Source: Candidatus Parcubacteria bacterium (GTDB taxonomy: Bacteria; Patescibacteriota; Patescibacteriia; Patescibacteriales; UBA12075). From it: DNA of 64,000 bases. Under the pieces are notes generated by a model, which worked only from the letters and a program-made list of their open reading frames with translations, was not told where the DNA came from and did no database searches. The position numbers and the translations under genes are program-made. Location of the stretch: positions 318,005-382,004 of the forward strand of contig PKTK01000001.1 of the NCBI GenBank assembly GCA_002869165.1, written 5' to 3'. Positions 7,378 through 17,201 of the stretch are shown in pieces (the first letter of the stretch is position 1; the number at the start of each line of letters is the position of its first letter).

Positions 7378-10125
7378 ATGTATCAAGGAGTAAGTGAAAA
7401 CAAATATGTGATTTGCCCAGAGTGTTCAGGTACTGGCAAAAAGGGTCTTTTTCGTACTTGTCCGAATTGTTTGGGTATGGGAGTGGGAACCTTTTACCGA
7501 GATCATTTTTTTTATTGGAAACCCCAGCTCAATGTTGCTCGAATTGAACTAGATAGATTTCGTGATAAGGTAAATTTTATTATCAATATTATTGCTATCG
7601 TGGTAGCAGTGATTGGCGTTTTATGCCTGTTTGTATGGTTTTACACTGTCTCTACATTTACTATCAGGATTGAAGAGTTTGCTTTTTGGACAAAAAACCA
7701 TCCTTTATTATTCTTTTTCTGGTTAACTGTTTTTGCAGATTTTTTTATTATTTATCGTTTTAGTCGTGAAGCTATTGAAGATAAAAAAATTAAATTATTT
7801 AAATATGATACTAGAAATGTTAGACTGAAGACTTCTAATAATTGGAAAGAGCTTCGCTTGGCAAGTTCTAAGGAAAAAATCAATGTATCTGAAGCATTTT
7901 CTAAATCTTCTTTGCGCCTGATTGATGATACATATATCTTGACCACTAAGCTGAAACACAAAGACATGTCACCTATGCACCTTTTTTTCACTTGTTTGAG
8001 TGATCAGGAAGTAGTGGCTGTGCTAAGTAGACTTAATGTCAAGGCGAAGGATTTACTTGAAAGAATTAAAAGACATCTAAGTGATAGAGCCGTGCCAAGT
8101 AAGGCAACCATAGTTCCCAACGAAACCAGACAAGCTCTGATAGATGCTTATATTGATTCTTGTGAGTTGGGTCAGGAAAAAGTTACTCCCAAGAACATAT
8201 TACTTGCCTTGGTTAAATATGATAAAACAATTTTTGATATATTATCTGAAATGGAAGTAGATCCGGCTAAGATAGCTAATGTTATCCATTGGTTTTCTGT
8301 AAACGAAATTCAAATTGCTAAATACAAAAAGTTTCGCCGTTTGTCTCAGTTCAAACCAGCTTCTAATATGGATCGGGCTTATACGGCAGTAGCTACGCCA
8401 ATTTTAAATAGTTATGATTATGATTTAACAATAGCTGCTAAGTGGAGTAAGTTGGACTATTGTGTGGCTCGTGATGAGGAGATTGATGAGATTTGGGATC
8501 ACGTTGAGGGTGGTGCTAGTGGAATTTTGCTAGTTGGCGATGAAGGAGTTGGTAAAAGGACGATTATTTATGGCGTAGCCCAGAAAATGGTTGAGGAAGA
8601 TGTGCCCAATTTTTTTAAGGACAAGCGTCTTATGGAATTAGATCTTGCTAGACTTGTTAGCGGAGTGAATCCAAGTGAAGCAGAAGGTAGAATGATGTCG
8701 ATAGTTGATGAGGTTCAAGAGGCGGGAAATATTATTTTGTTTGTAAAAGATATTGAATCTATTATAGGAATATCTAGTGGTTCAGAAGGGGCTTTGGATT
8801 TGTCAGAAGTATTATCAAACGCATTATCAAGAAAACTTTTGTTTGTGTTTGCTTCTGTTGAGACTCGAAATTATCTCAAATACATGGAAGGCAAGTCGCT
8901 TGATCTGAGCTTGGAAAAGGTTGATGTGAATGAGAAGAAAGAAGATCAAGCTATACAGATAATTGCTTCCAAGATTTCGGGGATGGAGTCTAATCACGGA
9001 GTTTATTTTTCTTATAATGCAATTGATGAAGCAGTTAATTTAAGTGATAAGTATATACATGATCAGTTTTTACCTAAAAAAGCAATTAAGATACTTGATT
9101 TAGCTGCAGTTAGAGTAGCTAAGAAAAAAATGGATTTTCCATTTGTGACCAAAGATATAGTCAGGGAGATTGTTTCAGAAATTTCCAAGGTGCCCGTAAA
9201 TAAAGTGAGTCAAACAGAAGGAAAGGAATTGCTCAATTTAGAAGAGAGAATTCATGAACGAATGATCAATCAAAAAGAGGCTGTGGACATGGTGTCAGAT
9301 AGCCTAAGAAGAGCTAGGGCAGAGCTTAGAGAGGGTGTGAGACCAATAGCAAGCTTTTTATTTTTAGGACCAACTGGAGTTGGTAAAACTGAACTAGCTA
9401 AATCAGTTTCAGCAATTTATTTTGGAGACGAGAAGTATATGATTAGAGTTGATATGAGTGAGTATCAGCATGCAGATAGTGTGAAGAAAATGATTGGTGA
9501 CTCAGATAACAAAGGTTATTTAACTGAAAAAGTTAGAAAGTCGCAATTTTCATTGGTGTTACTTGATGAGATCGAAAAAGCAAATCCAGAAATACTGAAT
9601 TTATTCTTGCAAGTTATGGATGATGGTCGTTTGACTGATGGTCAAGGGCAAACAATTGATTTTACTAATACTATTATTATTGCTACTTCTAATGCGGGCT
9701 CAGATTATATTCAAGATGCAGTATTTAAGGGAGTAGAGATAGAGGAAATTCGTGATAAGTTGATAAATGAGCACATCAATCAGATAATGAGGCCAGAATT
9801 AATAAATAGGTTTGATGGAATTATTGTTTTTGAACCGCTTAGTCAAGATAATATTTTTCGAATAACCAAGTTAATGTTGGGTGGCATTGAATCAATGCTT
9901 GAGGAAAAGGGAATTGAATTTGAGATAAATGATGATGGTGTCATGAAACTGGCAAAGGAAGGCTATGATCCAAAATTTGGCGCAAGACCTTTGAGGCGTT
10001 TATTGCAAGATAAAATTGAAAACGAAATAGCTAATAAAATACTTTCTGGTGAGCTAAAGAGAAGAGATAAGGTGGTATTAACTGATGAAGCAAAAATTTT
10101 AATAGAAAAAGGAGTGAAACTTTAA
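7378..10125 (+). CDS. atypical Clp/Hsp100-family AAA+ ATPase with N-terminal zinc ribbon and transmembrane segments
   Basis: 915 aa. CPECSGTG...CPNCLGMG zinc-ribbon motif, two or three hydrophobic helices, Clp_N-like repeats. NBD1 is degenerate (GDEGVGKR, ILFVKDIE). NBD2 is canonical ([27 protein letters not shown]). Confidence 0.8.
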   Translation: MYQGVSENKYVICPECSGTGKKGLFRTCPNCLGMGVGTFYRDHFFYWKPQLNVARIELDRFRDKVNFIINIIAIVVAVIGVLCLFVWFYTVSTFTIRIEEFAFWTKNHPLLFFFWLTVFADFFIIYRFSREAIEDKKIKLFKYDTRNVRLKTSNNWKELRLASSKEKINVSEAFSKSSLRLIDDTYILTTKLKHKDMSPMHLFFTCLSDQEVVAVLSRLNVKAKDLLERIKRHLSDRAVPSKATIVPNETRQALIDAYIDSCELGQEKVTPKNILLALVKYDKTIFDILSEMEVDPAKIANVIHWFSVNEIQIAKYKKFRRLSQFKPASNMDRAYTAVATPILNSYDYDLTIAAKWSKLDYCVARDEEIDEIWDHVEGGASGILLVGDEGVGKRTIIYGVAQKMVEEDVPNFFKDKRLMELDLARLVSGVNPSEAEGRMMSIVDEVQEAGNIILFVKDIESIIGISSGSEGALDLSEVLSNALSRKLLFVFASVETRNYLKYMEGKSLDLSLEKVDVNEKKEDQAIQIIASKISGMESNHGVYFSYNAIDEAVNLSDKYIHDQFLPKKAIKILDLAAVRVAKKKMDFPFVTKDIVREIVSEISKVPVNKVSQTEGKELLNLEERIHERMINQKEAVDMVSDSLRRARAELREGVRPIASFLFLGPTGVGKTELAKSVSAIYFGDEKYMIRVDMSEYQHADSVKKMIGDSDNKGYLTEKVRKSQFSLVLLDEIEKANPEILNLFLQVMDDGRLTDGQGQTIDFTNTIIIATSNAGSDYIQDAVFKGVEIEEIRDKLINEHINQIMRPELINRFDGIIVFEPLSQDNIFRITKLMLGGIESMLEEKGIEFEINDDGVMKLAKEGYDPKFGARPLRRLLQDKIENEIANKILSGELKRRDKVVLTDEAKILIEKGVKL

Positions 10126-10149
10126 TAATTTGTCATAAGACAATCAAGT

Positions 10150-11223
10150 ATGTTTTATATAAAAGTTTTTTTGGTAACTATTGTTTTGAGTTTAGTTAGT
10201 ACTTATGTACTAAAAATAATAGCTCAAAAGATTGGTTTGACTGATAAGCCAGACAAGGAGAGGAAATTTCACAAGAAAGAAACAGCTTTACTTGGTGGGG
10301 CAGCAATATTTTTTACATTTTTTATTGTTCTTTACTTTTTTAGATCACATTTGCTTGTTGGAGATTTGAATTATGTTCATTGGTTGGGAGTTTTTTTTGG
10401 AGCTTTGATTTTAATGATTGGTGGTTTTTTGGATGATAAGTTCGATCTGTCAGCTACTTGGCAAATTATTTTTCCTGTTTTGGCAATTTTGGCTGTAATC
10501 GCTAGTGGTATAAATATTGAGAAAATAAGTAACCCATTGGGGGGAGGTTTTATTTATTTGGATGCAATCAAAATTCCCTTAGGGGAAGTTTTTGGTCAGA
10601 TAACATATTTTGTTATTTTTTCAGATTTGTTAATTTTTTTCTGGCTGATAGGTATGATGTATACAACCAAGTTGCTAGATGGGGTTGATGGATTGGTAAC
10701 TGGGGTTACCTCAATTGGAGCTTTGATAATATTTTTTTTCACAGTTTCAGAAAGGTATTATCAACCAGATATTGCCTTGGCTTCCATTGTATTAGCAGCT
10801 GCTTGTTTGGGATTCTTGGTCTTTAATTGGCATCCTGCGTCAATTTTTTTGGGAGAAGGAGGTTCGTTGTTTCTTGGTTTTGCTTTGGGAGTCATTGCTA
10901 TTATCTCAGGTGGAAAGTTTGCTGTTGCTCTACTGGTCATGGTAATACCTATTTTAGATGTTTTTTGGACAATTGTCAGACGTTTGAGTGGTGGGAAAAA
11001 TCCATTTAAGTTTGCTGATCGCGGTCACTTGCATTTCAAAATCTTGGATACTGGTATTGGAGCACGAAAAACAGTTTTAATCTATTATGTGGTTTCCTTG
11101 ACTTTTGGTTTGAGTGCTCTATTCTTGCAAAGCCGGGGTAAAGTCTATGCTTTGAGCTTACTTACACTGGTGATGATTTTTTTGTTAATTTTTTTCTACC
11201 TAGGTGACAAAAATAAAGTATAA
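10150..11223 (+). CDS. glycosyltransferase family 4 polyprenyl-phosphate sugar-1-phosphate transferase (WecA/TagO/MraY family)
   Basis: 357 aa polytopic membrane protein. Motifs FLDDKFDL, TKLLDGVDGL, NWHPASIFLGEGGS, DRGHLHF. Confidence 0.75.
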   Translation: MFYIKVFLVTIVLSLVSTYVLKIIAQKIGLTDKPDKERKFHKKETALLGGAAIFFTFFIVLYFFRSHLLVGDLNYVHWLGVFFGALILMIGGFLDDKFDLSATWQIIFPVLAILAVIASGINIEKISNPLGGGFIYLDAIKIPLGEVFGQITYFVIFSDLLIFFWLIGMMYTTKLLDGVDGLVTGVTSIGALIIFFFTVSERYYQPDIALASIVLAAACLGFLVFNWHPASIFLGEGGSLFLGFALGVIAIISGGKFAVALLVMVIPILDVFWTIVRRLSGGKNPFKFADRGHLHFKILDTGIGARKTVLIYYVVSLTFGLSALFLQSRGKVYALSLLTLVMIFLLIFFYLGDKNKV

Positions 11224-11238
11224 TTATATTTAAATATT

Positions 11239-11709
11239 ATGATAACTAGAATTAATTTAAGAGACAGAATACATATAACTTACGCATGGTGTGTTTTTAT
11301 TGCTGTAATGCTCCTTACTCCTATGCCCATTACAACATATGAGGAACAGACAACCTATTTTGATAAAATAACCCATGCGATTCTTTTTGGTGTTTTTGCC
11401 TTTCTAATTTATTATACTTTGCGAGCTGTGGGCGAGGATAGAATTATAATAAATCCTGACAAAAATATTAAATTAAAAGCCAGGAATAAAAATAAACCCC
11501 TAAATAAAAGACCCAAGGTACCGATTAGGAGGATGTTAATTATTTATTTATCAGCTTTTTCTGTGAGTATAATATATTCTATGTCGCTTGAGTATTTACA
11601 AGCATATGTACCAGGAAGATCCCCTAATGATTTAGATTTTTTGGCATCAATTATAGGTGTAATTTTAGTTTTGTTGTTTGTCTATGGCGATAATTATGCA
11701 AAAAAGTAG
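11239..11709 (+). CDS. VanZ-like membrane protein
   Basis: 156 aa. DKITHAILFGVFAF and EYLQAYVPGRSPNDLDF resemble VanZ-family motifs. Confidence 0.55.
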   Translation: MITRINLRDRIHITYAWCVFIAVMLLTPMPITTYEEQTTYFDKITHAILFGVFAFLIYYTLRAVGEDRIIINPDKNIKLKARNKNKPLNKRPKVPIRRMLIIYLSAFSVSIIYSMSLEYLQAYVPGRSPNDLDFLASIIGVILVLLFVYGDNYAKK

Positions 11710-12238
11710 AAAGAAAATTATATTACATGTTTGTTGTGCTACTTGTGGAGCCTATGTAAGTACATTGCTTAGCAAAGACTATGAGGTGGTGTTATATTAT
11801 TCTAATTCAAATATTTATTCAGAAGAAGAGTTTATTAGAAGAAAAAATGATGTTGAAAAAATTGCTAGAAACTACACTTTGGAAATGTATGAAGATAAAT
11901 ATAATCACAAGGCATGGTTAGAATTTATAAAAGGATTAGAAACCGAACCTGAAAAAGGGAAGAGATGTCTTAAATGCTATGAATATCGAATGAAAAATTT
12001 GGTTAATAAAGCCATTGATTTAGGGATTGATAATTTTGCTACAACCTTGTCTGTTAGCCCGCACAAGATTTATAAATATATCAAAAGTATCGGACAAAGG
12101 CTTGAAAAAGAAACTGGTCTAAAATATTATGACCAAGATTTTAAAAAACAGGATGGGTACAAAAAGTCTAATGACTTATCTAGAGAGATGAATTTTTATA
12201 GACAAAATTATTGTGGCTGTGAATTTTCTAAAAGATAA
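11696..12238 (+). CDS. queH: epoxyqueuosine reductase QueH (DUF208)
   Basis: LHVCCATCG..., GKRCLKCY, TTLSVSPHK, YRQNYCGCEFS are QueH hallmarks. The start is ambiguous (TTG 11678, ATG 11684 or 11696). Confidence 0.8.
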   Translation: MQKSRKKIILHVCCATCGAYVSTLLSKDYEVVLYYSNSNIYSEEEFIRRKNDVEKIARNYTLEMYEDKYNHKAWLEFIKGLETEPEKGKRCLKCYEYRMKNLVNKAIDLGIDNFATTLSVSPHKIYKYIKSIGQRLEKETGLKYYDQDFKKQDGYKKSNDLSREMNFYRQNYCGCEFSKR

Positions 12239-12247
12239 AATATAAAT

Positions 12248-13294
12248 ATGTTAGAAATTAGTAATTATTTTAAAAAAGCAATAGAGCAAAAAGCATCAGA
12301 TTTACATTTGGTAGAGGGGAGTATCCCATCTTTGAGGGTAGCTGGAAATTTAGTAAAGGTAGATGATAAACCGATTAGGAAAGGTGAGTTAAAGGAGGGG
12401 GTTTTTAAATATTTAGATAACCATGAACAAGAGAGGTTCGAGAGAAAAAGAGATATAGATGTTTCTTTAACTTTTTTTGAAATCTCTTTTCGTGTGAATA
12501 TTCATTATCAAGAAGGACGGGTTGGTTTAGCAGCTAGGTTGGTTCCGGATAAAGTACCAAGTCCGCAGGAAATTAATCTTGATGAAATGTTGTACAAGTT
12601 AACCCATTTACGAGATGGGTTAATACTGGTTACTGGTCCAGCTGGCGTAGGCAAATCAACAACTTTAGCGGTGATGCTTGATATCATCAATCAAGAAAGA
12701 GCATCTCATATTATTACTATTGAAGATCCGATTGAATACACTTTTCAAGATAAAAAATCAATTGTAGAGCAAAGGCAACTTGGACGAGATACTCACAGCT
12801 TCTCTTCTGCGTTGAAATATGTTTTGAGACAGGATCCGAATGTGATTATGGTGGGAGAGATGAGAGATGCTGAAACAGTGGCTGCAGTACTAAATGCTGC
12901 CAAAACTGGCCATTTGGTCCTATCCACCTTGCATACTAGCACGGCTGCTGAAACAATTGAACGTATTATTGATTTTTATCCAGCAGAGTATCAATCTATG
13001 ATTGCTCATCAGTTAGCATCATTATTAAGAGCTGTTGTATCACAGCAGTTGTTACCTAAGATTGGTGGAGGACAGGTTTGCGCAAGAGAGATATTGATTA
13101 ATAACAATGCAATTGCCAATATTATCCGAAGCATGCAAATGGAACAGATAAATTCCTTTATGCAGACAAGTAAATCACAAGGCATGATTACTATGAATAA
13201 ATATGTTGAATTTTTATATAGAAAAGGGATTATTTCTAAAGAGACTTATGATAATAGAAAAAGGGACATAGATAATAAAAGTGTTTACTATTAA
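12248..13294 (+). CDS. pilT: type IV pilus retraction ATPase PilT, paralog 1
   Basis: 348 aa. Walker A GPAGVGKSTT, ITIEDPIEY, RQDPNVIMVGEMRD, GHLVLSTLHT. Confidence 0.85.
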   Translation: MLEISNYFKKAIEQKASDLHLVEGSIPSLRVAGNLVKVDDKPIRKGELKEGVFKYLDNHEQERFERKRDIDVSLTFFEISFRVNIHYQEGRVGLAARLVPDKVPSPQEINLDEMLYKLTHLRDGLILVTGPAGVGKSTTLAVMLDIINQERASHIITIEDPIEYTFQDKKSIVEQRQLGRDTHSFSSALKYVLRQDPNVIMVGEMRDAETVAAVLNAAKTGHLVLSTLHTSTAAETIERIIDFYPAEYQSMIAHQLASLLRAVVSQQLLPKIGGGQVCAREILINNNAIANIIRSMQMEQINSFMQTSKSQGMITMNKYVEFLYRKGIISKETYDNRKRDIDNKSVYY

Positions 13295-13308
13295 AATATT
13301 TTAAAAAT

Positions 13309-14352
13309 ATGAATTTATCTTATTATTTTAAAAAAGCAATTGAACGAAATGCTTCTGATCTTCATTTGATAGAGGGTTCTATACCAGCAATACGTGTTAG
13401 TGGTAAGCTAATCCATTTGACCAAAGAAAAAATTCCTATTGGAGAATTAAAGTTTTCAATTTTTTCCTTGCTTGATAAAGATGTAAGGGAGAGGTTTTTG
13501 CGAAAAAAAGATATTGATATCTCAGCTGAGTTTTTTAATCATCGGTTTAGGGTAAACATTCATTATCAAGAGGGCAAGATTGGTTTGGCGGCTAGATTGA
13601 TCGTAAAAGATATTCCCAAACCTGAAGATATTGGTCTCAATGAAACTCTCTACAACATGACTCATTTGAATGATGGTTTGATACTTGTTACTGGGCCTTG
13701 TGGAGTTGGTAAGTCTACTACCTTGGCGGTGATGTTGAATATAATTAACCAAGAAAGAGCTTCTCATATTATTACAATCGAAGATCCAATTGAATATGCT
13801 TTTGAGGATAAAAAGTCCATTATTGAGCAAAGGCAGTTGGGACGAGATACAAATAGTTTTGCTTCAGCCTTGAAATATGCGCTTAGACAAGATCCAAATG
13901 TTATAATGGTAGGCGAGATGCGTGATCTAGAAACAGTTTCAGCCGTACTTACAGCTGCCAAGACTGGCCATTTGGTTTTATCAACTCTTCATACTAGTTC
14001 AGCAGCCGAGACAGTTGAACGTATAGTTGATTATTATCCAACTCAGTATCAGTCTCAAGTGGCGCACCAGTTATCTTCTGTACTTAGATCTGTGATTGGG
14101 CAACAACTTCTGCCAACCAAGGATGGAAAATTGGTGGCAGCCAGAGAAATAATGATAAATGATAATGCTATCGCCAACATGATTCGCACAGGTCAAATTG
14201 AGCAAATAGACTCAGCAATTCAGACAAGCTCTGATGTAGGAATGATAACTATGAATAATTCCATAAGAGAATTATATCGTTCTGGTATTATTTCTAAGGA
14301 AACAATGGAAAACAGAACAAGAGATTTGGAAACTGGATCAATAATGTATTAA
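13309..14352 (+). CDS. pilT: type IV pilus retraction ATPase PilT, paralog 2
   Basis: 347 aa. Colinear with and largely identical to the upstream copy (GPCGVGKSTT, ITIEDPIEY, GHLVLSTLHT). Confidence 0.85.
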   Translation: MNLSYYFKKAIERNASDLHLIEGSIPAIRVSGKLIHLTKEKIPIGELKFSIFSLLDKDVRERFLRKKDIDISAEFFNHRFRVNIHYQEGKIGLAARLIVKDIPKPEDIGLNETLYNMTHLNDGLILVTGPCGVGKSTTLAVMLNIINQERASHIITIEDPIEYAFEDKKSIIEQRQLGRDTNSFASALKYALRQDPNVIMVGEMRDLETVSAVLTAAKTGHLVLSTLHTSSAAETVERIVDYYPTQYQSQVAHQLSSVLRSVIGQQLLPTKDGKLVAAREIMINDNAIANMIRTGQIEQIDSAIQTSSDVGMITMNNSIRELYRSGIISKETMENRTRDLETGSIMY

Positions 14353-14369
14353 TAAATAAAAAATAATTT

Positions 14370-14702
14370 ATGTTACAAGAAAAATGGCAAGATACAAAAA
14401 ACACTATCAAGGATAAGTTTAGTGTTAGTAACGAGGGGGAACTAAAAATTGATGAAGAAGGGGGAATAGAGATTGAGTTTATTGAATTTGAAAGCCCAAT
14501 AGGGCAGATTAGATTAGAGTTTGTAACAAAACCGATAATTCTGGAAAAGAAAACTAATTATTCAAAGAGGATTGGCTCAGAAACACAGGTCACTTATATA
14601 TATAGTGACACAGAAAGGTCCACTCAAATGATTGCTTACAAATGGGACGATCTCAGTGAAGATTGGGTGGAAATGGAGTCAAATGCTTTTGCATCTATGT
14701 GA
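14370..14702 (+). CDS. hypothetical protein
   Basis: 110-aa acidic ORF. No family recognised. Confidence 0.5.
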   Translation: MLQEKWQDTKNTIKDKFSVSNEGELKIDEEGGIEIEFIEFESPIGQIRLEFVTKPIILEKKTNYSKRIGSETQVTYIYSDTERSTQMIAYKWDDLSEDWVEMESNAFASM

Positions 14703-14703
14703 T

Positions 14704-15141
14704 ATGAGGGCGGTTATACAAAGAGTTGAAAAAGCGAATGTTAAAGTGGGTGAAAATATTGTTGCTGAGATAGGCCATGGATTTTTAGTATTGCTTGCAA
14801 TTCACAAAGAGGACAAAGAAGATTCTATCAAAAAATTAGCAGATAAGATTATTAAATTAAGGGTATTTGAAGATAAAGAGGGAAAAATGAATAAATCATT
14901 GGAAGATAAAAATGGTTCAGTGCTAGTAGTGTAACAATTTACTCTCTATGGTGATACATCCAGGGGTAGAAGGCCGAGTTTTATTGAATCGGCAAGACCG
15001 GAAATGGCTAGGGATTACTACGAAAAATTTTGCAAGTATTTAAAGGAAAAGGGAATAAATACTCAAAATGGAATTTTTCAAGAGTCAATGAAAGTAAGTT
15101 TAACAAACGATGGCCCTACTACAATAATAATAGATATATAA
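14704..15141 (+). pseudogene. dtd: D-aminoacyl-tRNA deacylase (Dtd), interrupted by in-frame TAA at 14932-14934
   Basis: MRAVIQRV...GSVLVV*QFTLYGDTSRGRRPSF...SLTNDGPTTIIIDI is colinear with Dtd. The stop sits where the Ser of the SQFTL motif belongs. Confidence 0.8.
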
Positions 15142-17192
15142 TGAGAAGATCTTTAAGTAAAAATTTAGTATTTAGTATTTTAACAGTTTTTTTGCTGTCT
15201 TCTTGTAGTATAGAAATTAAACCACCAGAGTTAAACAATGATGATGTATTTGAAACACCTATTTTAGAAACAAAGAATGAAAAAGACATTGTTTTTCAGG
15301 ATGAAAAAGAATTTGTGAAGAATCAAGAAAAAATGAACAGTTTTGAGTCTTATGAGGAATTAAAATCATTTTTGGCCAAGCAGGAGTTGGATAAAGTAAA
15401 TATTAGTTATGATTATAATTATTCGAGTGAGAAAGACATTTATAATTATAATTCTGAGGGGGTGCAAATTGATGACGAGAATATTATTAAAGGTTTGGGA
15501 GTAAATGATGTATATATTATAAAAAGTGATAATGAGTATCTATACGTTCTAAGTCAGAATAAAATATATTTAATTAGGGCCTATCCTGCTGAAGAAGCAA
15601 GTATATTGTCAATTATTGATTTGAAAAATGCACCAATTGGATTCTTTGTATATGAAAACAAACTATTAGTTTTTGGCGAAAGTTTTGATTTTTATAATGA
15701 AAATAAACATCTTTTTAAAAGAAATAGTACTTATTCATATTTGAAGATTTTTGATGTAAGTAATAGAGCCAATCCTCTTGAAGACAAACAAATTGACTAC
15801 GAAGGTAAGTATTTAGATTCAAGAATTTCTAACGGAAAGTATTATTTGGAATCAGTTATTTATGATTACACTTATTATCAGACAGAAGAAGTTCTACCAC
15901 GTTATTTTGTTAATAATGAGGAGTATGCAGAATGTGGTGATGAAGAATGCTCGAGTGAAGCAGTTCATTATTTTGAGCTTCCTTATGACAAAATTGATTT
16001 TTTTAGCTTATATACTATAGATTTGTCAGGTGTTAATAAAATTATAGATAGAGAACATTTTTTACTTTCGGATAATTTTAGTACTTTCTTTTCAGATTCT
16101 AATTTTTATATCGCATATAATAAAAATTTAGATCAGAGTCAATTAGAAATTGAAGTTATGAATAAACTTTTACTGACTGATTTAAGCGAAGTTGCAGCAA
16201 AAAAAGTCAAGGAAATTTATAGAGTAAAAGATTACGTTTTAAATAAATACGAAAAAGAAGAAAAAATAAAAAATATTTTTAATGATTATATATTTTCTTT
16301 GAGCATGGAAGAACAAATTGCAATTTATTCAGAAATAGAAACAGAATTGGCAAGTCGTCTTGCTAAAATTAAAGAAGATTTAGATACTTCGGTAATACAT
16401 AAATGCAGTTTAGGCGCCAAAGGTCTTGAGTATATAAGTACAGCTGTTATTCCTGGTGAATTTGTAGGAGCACCAACAACCAGTGAAATTAGTGGAGTTT
16501 TATACACTATTACTTATGATTTAGAAAATTCTAATTATACTATTTTAGCTTTGGACAAAAACTTTAAAGAATTAAATCGAGTAGAAGGTTTGTATTCTGG
16601 TGAAACTATTAGCTTAGTTAGTTTCATGCAGAATAAGATGTTTGTTAAACTTGAATCAAAGCCTAGTTCATTATATGTAATTGATTTAAATCTAGCTAAT
16701 GAAATGAAAGATCTGGGAGAAATAACATATTTTTCTCAACTTGAATATTTACACCCTTATGACAATAATATTTTAATCGGTGTTAACAGGGGAGGAGCCA
16801 CTGGAGAGGGCATTAATATTTATTTATATGATGTTACAGATGTAGTTAGTCCTAAATTGATTGATAGTTTTACTATGGGAGGTGCTGGAAGTAATTCACT
16901 TTTAATGTCTAATCCAAGATCATTTTATTTTTCTCGTCCCAAGAATTTAGTATTTTTTCCAGTTGAGATCAGAAATTCTAGTGATGATCTATTTCCTGAA
17001 GCAAATTATACAGGGGCGGTGGTATTAAATACTAGCAGATCAGGTTTTAGCTTAAAGGGAGTAATTGATCATTCTGGATCAACAATAAAAAGAGGCATTT
17101 TTGCAAACAACACACTTTATAGTTTTTCAGATCAGGGCATAAAGGTAAATTCACTAAGCAGTTTAAATGAGTTAAGTTTTATAAAATATTAA
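15141..17192 (+). CDS. beta-propeller-domain lipoprotein
   Basis: The likely start is ATG 15141 (TAATG overlap with dtd), giving MRRSLSKNLVFSILTVFLLSSC, a lipobox-like signal. The body resembles the secreted beta-propeller domain family. The track start at 15030 would overlap dtd. Confidence 0.65.
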   Translation: MRRSLSKNLVFSILTVFLLSSCSIEIKPPELNNDDVFETPILETKNEKDIVFQDEKEFVKNQEKMNSFESYEELKSFLAKQELDKVNISYDYNYSSEKDIYNYNSEGVQIDDENIIKGLGVNDVYIIKSDNEYLYVLSQNKIYLIRAYPAEEASILSIIDLKNAPIGFFVYENKLLVFGESFDFYNENKHLFKRNSTYSYLKIFDVSNRANPLEDKQIDYEGKYLDSRISNGKYYLESVIYDYTYYQTEEVLPRYFVNNEEYAECGDEECSSEAVHYFELPYDKIDFFSLYTIDLSGVNKIIDREHFLLSDNFSTFFSDSNFYIAYNKNLDQSQLEIEVMNKLLLTDLSEVAAKKVKEIYRVKDYVLNKYEKEEKIKNIFNDYIFSLSMEEQIAIYSEIETELASRLAKIKEDLDTSVIHKCSLGAKGLEYISTAVIPGEFVGAPTTSEISGVLYTITYDLENSNYTILALDKNFKELNRVEGLYSGETISLVSFMQNKMFVKLESKPSSLYVIDLNLANEMKDLGEITYFSQLEYLHPYDNNILIGVNRGGATGEGINIYLYDVTDVVSPKLIDSFTMGGAGSNSLLMSNPRSFYFSRPKNLVFFPVEIRNSSDDLFPEANYTGAVVLNTSRSGFSLKGVIDHSGSTIKRGIFANNTLYSFSDQGIKVNSLSSLNELSFIKY

Positions 17193-17201
17193 AAAAAATA
17201 T

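Noticed and set aside
15030-15140. Long N-terminal extension of the beta-propeller protein given in the ORF track
   Set aside because: It lies entirely within the 3' part of dtd in another frame. The ATG at 15141 gives a proper lipoprotein-type signal and a TAATG overlap.
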